NCBI RefSeq assembly: GCF_000143415.4 | Contig: NW_003314278.1 | Span: 1,562,362 to 1,626,361, forward strand | Source of the DNA: Selaginella moellendorffii | Lineage: Eukaryota; Plantae; Lycopodiophyta | Length of the DNA: 64,000 nucleotides | Direction: 5' to 3' | Part shown: one piece after another, positions 60,350 to 64,000 of the stretch | Numbering within the stretch: the stretch's first letter is position 1 | Layout: each line of letters starts with the position of its first letter | Program-made: the position numbers and the translations under genes | Notes under the pieces: model-generated | What the model saw: only the letters and a program-made list of their open reading frames with translations | Database searches by the model: none | Told to the model about the DNA's origin: nothing

Positions 60350-61332
60350 CTATTGGTAGAGCTGGAAATCTCTCAGCTGGAGCTTCCACCTGCCATCGCC
60401 AGTCGAGTGTGCTTGAAGAACATCCGCGCCAACCGAGGGCATTCCATCGAAATCTACGTGAAGAAGTAACACGAGCTCTTGCTTCGATGGCATGTATGGT
60501 TCTTCCCCGCCAGCATCGAATTCATCTTCTTCGCTGGTTTTCTGGACGGATCTCGCGGTGATGCTGTCTTTGATCAGCCTCTCGGATGTCAAGCTCAAAA
60601 CTCTCGTTCTGTCCATTCCTCTCAGCACGATCATCAAGTCCTTGCGACGAACAAGCGGGAGATCTTCGGTGGTCTGCAAGAAAGCATTGAATATCGAAAC
60701 GATGGAATGGAATTTCTCACACAAACCTGAGAAGAGGAGCTGGAAGAACTCGAGTTCTCACTTCCTGACGAAGTTGGCAGTGTCGGTTGCTCGTCACTAG
60801 GAGAGAGCTTCTGATCAAGGATAACCTTTCCTTCTTCTCCTTCTTCCTCTTCACTGGGAGCGAGCTTTGGATCAATGATAAACTTGCGAGGGACATACTC
60901 GACGCTCCAGCTCTCGGATTTGTAGAACGACGGCTTCTTCTTCTTGGATCTGTCCAGAGGCCTCGATCGGCCCATGAAGCCGGTTCCAGCGCCCTTGGAG
61001 ACGGCCTTGGCGATCTCCCGGACGAAGACGCATCCTCGCCCGTGCTCGCTCAACCCCCTCTCCGCCACCGATATCAATGCCGCCGCGCGCTCCGGATCCT
61101 CGCAGCACTTCTCAAACACATCGTCCCAGATGAGCATTCCATCCTCGAAATCCCTCTGCCTGCCCGAGGAGGAGGAGAACGAGGACGATGGCGGCGAGCG
61201 CTTCTTCTTCTCTTTCTTCTCCGTGGGAGATTTAGCCTGCGCTCTCACTGCGATGGAGGAGCCTGTCCATCCTGGGGCGAGATTGGCGCGAGGTAGAGGA
61301 GAGAATGCCGCTGCCATCGCCAAAGACGCCAT
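60350..61332 (-). CDS. Uncharacterised, probably plastid-targeted protein, 2 exons (61332..60727, 60673..60350)
   Basis: Ser/Ala-rich transit-like peptide ending VRA, an in-frame 53-nt GT-AG intron, and coding-like composition. Confidence 0.75.
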
Positions 61333-61406
61333 TTCTATCCAGTAAAACCCCAAGGAAGAGAGAAGACCCGATTCTAGATCTCTAAGATGCCCGTGGAGGG
61401 CACAAT

Positions 61407-61811
61407 CTACCTGGAAGAAGCAATAACCTCGAGGATCTTGTCAGCGAAACCCTTGAAATCCGGCAGATTCATGGCGGTGTCGAGATCTTTCTCCGCAGTG
61501 GCCGACGCATCGATCTTGCTCACGATCGCCTGGAGCTCCTCGTTCCTGAGCATGGCGCGGATCTCCTCCGACGCCGCCACCGCCTCGAGCTGCTGCCTCC
61601 GGAGCCTGGTTGCCATCTGCGATTCATCCCCATTCTCGAAATCCCGCGGCGGCTGCACGAGCTGGGCTTGCTCCTCCTCCTCTGCCGCCGCTACCTTCGT
61701 GCAGGGCGCCGCCTTGTGATCCTTGAAGCACTGCAGCGAGCAGTAGGGCACCAGGCAGCCCGGGCATTTGTACTTGGAGACCGCGCCACTGCAAATGCCG
61801 CACTGGCTCAT
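61407..61811 (-). CDS. HIT-type zinc finger protein (ZNHIT3/Hit1-like snoRNP assembly factor), intronless
   Basis: CGIC....SKYKCPGCLVPYCSLQCFKDHK..C and C-terminal S.EIR.ML....LQ....ID..F..FADKIL. Confidence 0.88.
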   Translation of the reverse strand: MSQCGICSGAVSKYKCPGCLVPYCSLQCFKDHKAAPCTKVAAAEEEEQAQLVQPPRDFENGDESQMATRLRRQQLEAVAASEEIRAMLRNEELQAIVSKIDASATAEKDLDTAMNLPDFKGFADKILEVIASSR

Positions 61812-62049
61812 TGCCCTAGATCCAATAAGAAACATAACCATGTTTATAAACTTTGTTATATACTAGCTTCGTGTGAATGGTGCCCAGAAGTACGCATGTA
61901 AAGAGTGCCTGGTTGAGTAGACGATAACGATTCCGAAACATCTGCCAATCTGATGGAAAGGATGCGTCTTCTTCCTCACTCTTGTTTGCTGTTCGTCTCC
62001 TTTCAGGGGCGATCAGCCAAGGGGCGAGCGAACGGTGACAATGGGCAGC

Positions 62050-62341
62050 GGCAGCAATCAGCAACGATCAGCCCAGGGGTAAAGGTAAATTCCACACTTG
62101 CTGGTCACTCCACCGCCACCATGGTTAGTGCTAATGCAAAGGAGCAGGAGACCTCTCATGCTAACTTTCGGAGGGTGTGTTTCAATGCTTGTAGATTTGA
62201 CTTTGCTGGAGGACTGTGCTAGGTGCTTGTGGCAAGTGGAAAAATGCAAGCATTGGGCAGCTAGCGTTTGAGTCACTGCTAGAGCTTGGTGATGATCGAG
62301 ACGTTGCAGCAGCCTATTTATTGATGGTGAAAGCCCGATGA
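62050..62341 (+). pseudogene. Copy of the 3' end of the 47420 PPR upstream of the inverted OMT
   Basis: WRTVL.ACGKWK..SIGQLAFESLLELGDDRDVAAAYLLMVKAR* is nearly identical to 47420..47560. Confidence 0.85.
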
Positions 62342-62490
62342 AGATATATTGTCACGCAAGGATATTTTCCGACTTTGTCACGCTGTTCTAGCAGCGCCGA
62401 TCTTAAAATACAGTATAAAAGAAGTGACATTTCAACCAGGCTGAAAGAAGGCTCTCATTTACTCTCATCCTTTCAGAAGCAGAAGGCAGT

Positions 62491-63619
62491 ATGGCGCCTG
62501 GATCTAGCACCATGAGTGAAGATGCTCAAGGCCACTTTGATCTCAAGAGCATGATCTTCTCGCTGGTGACTCCTTTCATGCTCAAGGCTGTGGTGCTGCT
62601 TGGCATTCCCGAGATGATCTCCAAGGCAGGGCCGCTCTCCCTCAAGCAGATCGTGTCACGTCTCTCAAATCCCAAGAACTGTCAGCCGGATCTCCTCGAG
62701 AGAATCCTCCAGTTTCTGGTCCACAAGCGGGCACTGAGCGAGAAGATCGAGAAAGATGGAGAAACGTACTACGGCCTCACTCCAATCTCAAAGTGGCTCG
62801 CGGAAGAGCACCATCTCCTGCTCTTGTGCACGCACGAGTATCCCATGGCCGCGTTCCAAAAAGTGAACGAAGCGGTGCTGGATGGAGGCCACGCTTACGA
62901 GATGGTCAACAAAGTTCGTCTTTGGGAGCACGACCCCGGCCACGGCGACGAGTACGTGGAGCTGCTCAACAAGGCTACGCTCGCATGGAGCACCGTCACT
63001 ATCTCCCTCGTCCTCGAGCACTACGATGGATTCAAAGACGTGAAGAAGCTCGTGGATGTTGGCGGTGGCCTTGGAATGTGCATGGGCAAGATCGTGGAGA
63101 AATATCCCCACATCGAAGGTGTCAACTTTGATCTCCCTCACACCGTTTCGAGCGCTCCAGCCTTTCCCGGTAAGATTCAAGACACGTTTTCTTTTGATTT
63201 CTTCATGTTTTTTCTTAACAGGTGTTGCTCATGTGGGAGGCAACATGTTTGAGAGTGTACCAAGTGCTGATGCTCTTCTTATCAAGGTACTCTGTCTTCT
63301 TTTCCTTGACGTTATGATCTTCGTGGTGTTTCTTCAGTCTGTAATCATCAATTTTAGCGACGAGGATTGCCTCAGGATGCTGGCGAATTGCTACAAAGCT
63401 CTGCCACGAGGAGGCAAACTGATAGTGATCGAGCTCATATACTCCAAGGAGAGACCATTCGAGATGGATCTGGACATGATTATGATCGGCTTCACAGACG
63501 GTGGCAAGACCAGGCGATTTGAAGAACACAAAGCGCTGCTCGAGAACAGTGGCTTTGGCAACGTTTCCCTCGTGTCCGTTCCTTCCAAGGAGCAAGTTAT
63601 AGAAGCTTACAAGCTCTAA
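62491..63619 (+). CDS. COMT-like O-methyltransferase homolog with non-canonical active site, 3 exons (62491..63169, 63222..63286, 63338..63619), 341 aa
   Basis: Intact spliced frame of 1026 nt. Close paralog of 46142..47275, with KSVIINFSD and GGKTR. Confidence 0.92.
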
Positions 63620-63799
63620 ACAAAGTGAATAAGATGTTTGTGCTAGTTGTATTTTAGAGTTTATTGTCACCGTTGACAATATAGACTCGAGCATCATCGA
63701 TAAAAATAAAAGAGTTCCAGGCTTGGATCATATTCTTCCTGGAGATTTTACCGCTTCAACTTTGGCAATGGGATAGGTAACTAAAACATGAGTCATGTC

Positions 63800-64000
63800 C
63801 AGAACTGGGGGTTGGTCTTTGACTCTACGTCCAGAGAAGACATGGTAAACTGGAACGCTCTATATAGCATATTCACAAAGTTTTCAGCCTCTTTCATACT
63901 TTCGTCTCAGTTTTACCGGTGTTGGGCAGCTAGCATTCAAGTCACTGCTGGAGATTGATGATGATCTAGATGTTGCAACAGTGATGGTGAAAGCCCGTAT
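63800..64000 (+). pseudogene. Further deleted PPR 3' fragment, probably the start of another cassette copy
   Basis: ggtctttgactctacg..gaagacatggtaaa and gttgggcagctagcattcaagtcactgctggag match the reverse complement of 45326..45541. Confidence 0.8.

Noticed and set aside
43334-63619. Biosynthetic gene cluster (OMT + GT90 + hydrolase + TF)
   Set aside because: No scaffold-forming enzyme is present, GT90 is not a small-molecule UGT, and proximity is explained by the compact genome and local duplication.

Overview
This is a 64-kb eukaryotic nuclear window from a land plant. The ~50-nt introns, very tight gene spacing and many PLS-class PPR genes rich in short motifs suggest the lycophyte Selaginella (inference). 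Two gene-dense arms flank a ~19-kb nested retroelement island (11.8-30.9 kb). Left arm (1-11.6 kb): three PPR genes, PPR remnants, a divergent secreted PEBP-like gene, an ATL-type RING-H2 ligase, and a CW-zinc-finger protein with two tandem MBD domains. Island: three head-to-tail decayed copies of one short-LTR Ty3/gypsy family, several tRNA-iMet-primed TRIMs (one expanding into a 155-bp higher-order tandem array), captured aspartic-protease fragments, and a GC-rich bacterial-type GST fragment next to an assembly gap. Right arm (31-64 kb): more PPRs (two with nonsense codons), chloroplast ClpD plus a scrambled inverted pseudogene, an alpha/beta hydrolase, tRNA-Gly(TCC), an intronless PLATZ, a GT90 glycosyltransferase, a HIT zinc finger, two unknown genes, and an amplified [PPR 3' end + O-methyltransferase] cassette. 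The most notable observation is that these COMT-like proteins keep the SAM-binding motifs but have all lost the catalytic His/Asp pair and the GGKER glutamate, while diverging from each other in substrate-pocket segments. All calls come from manual reading with no searches run, and coordinates of degraded elements are approximate.
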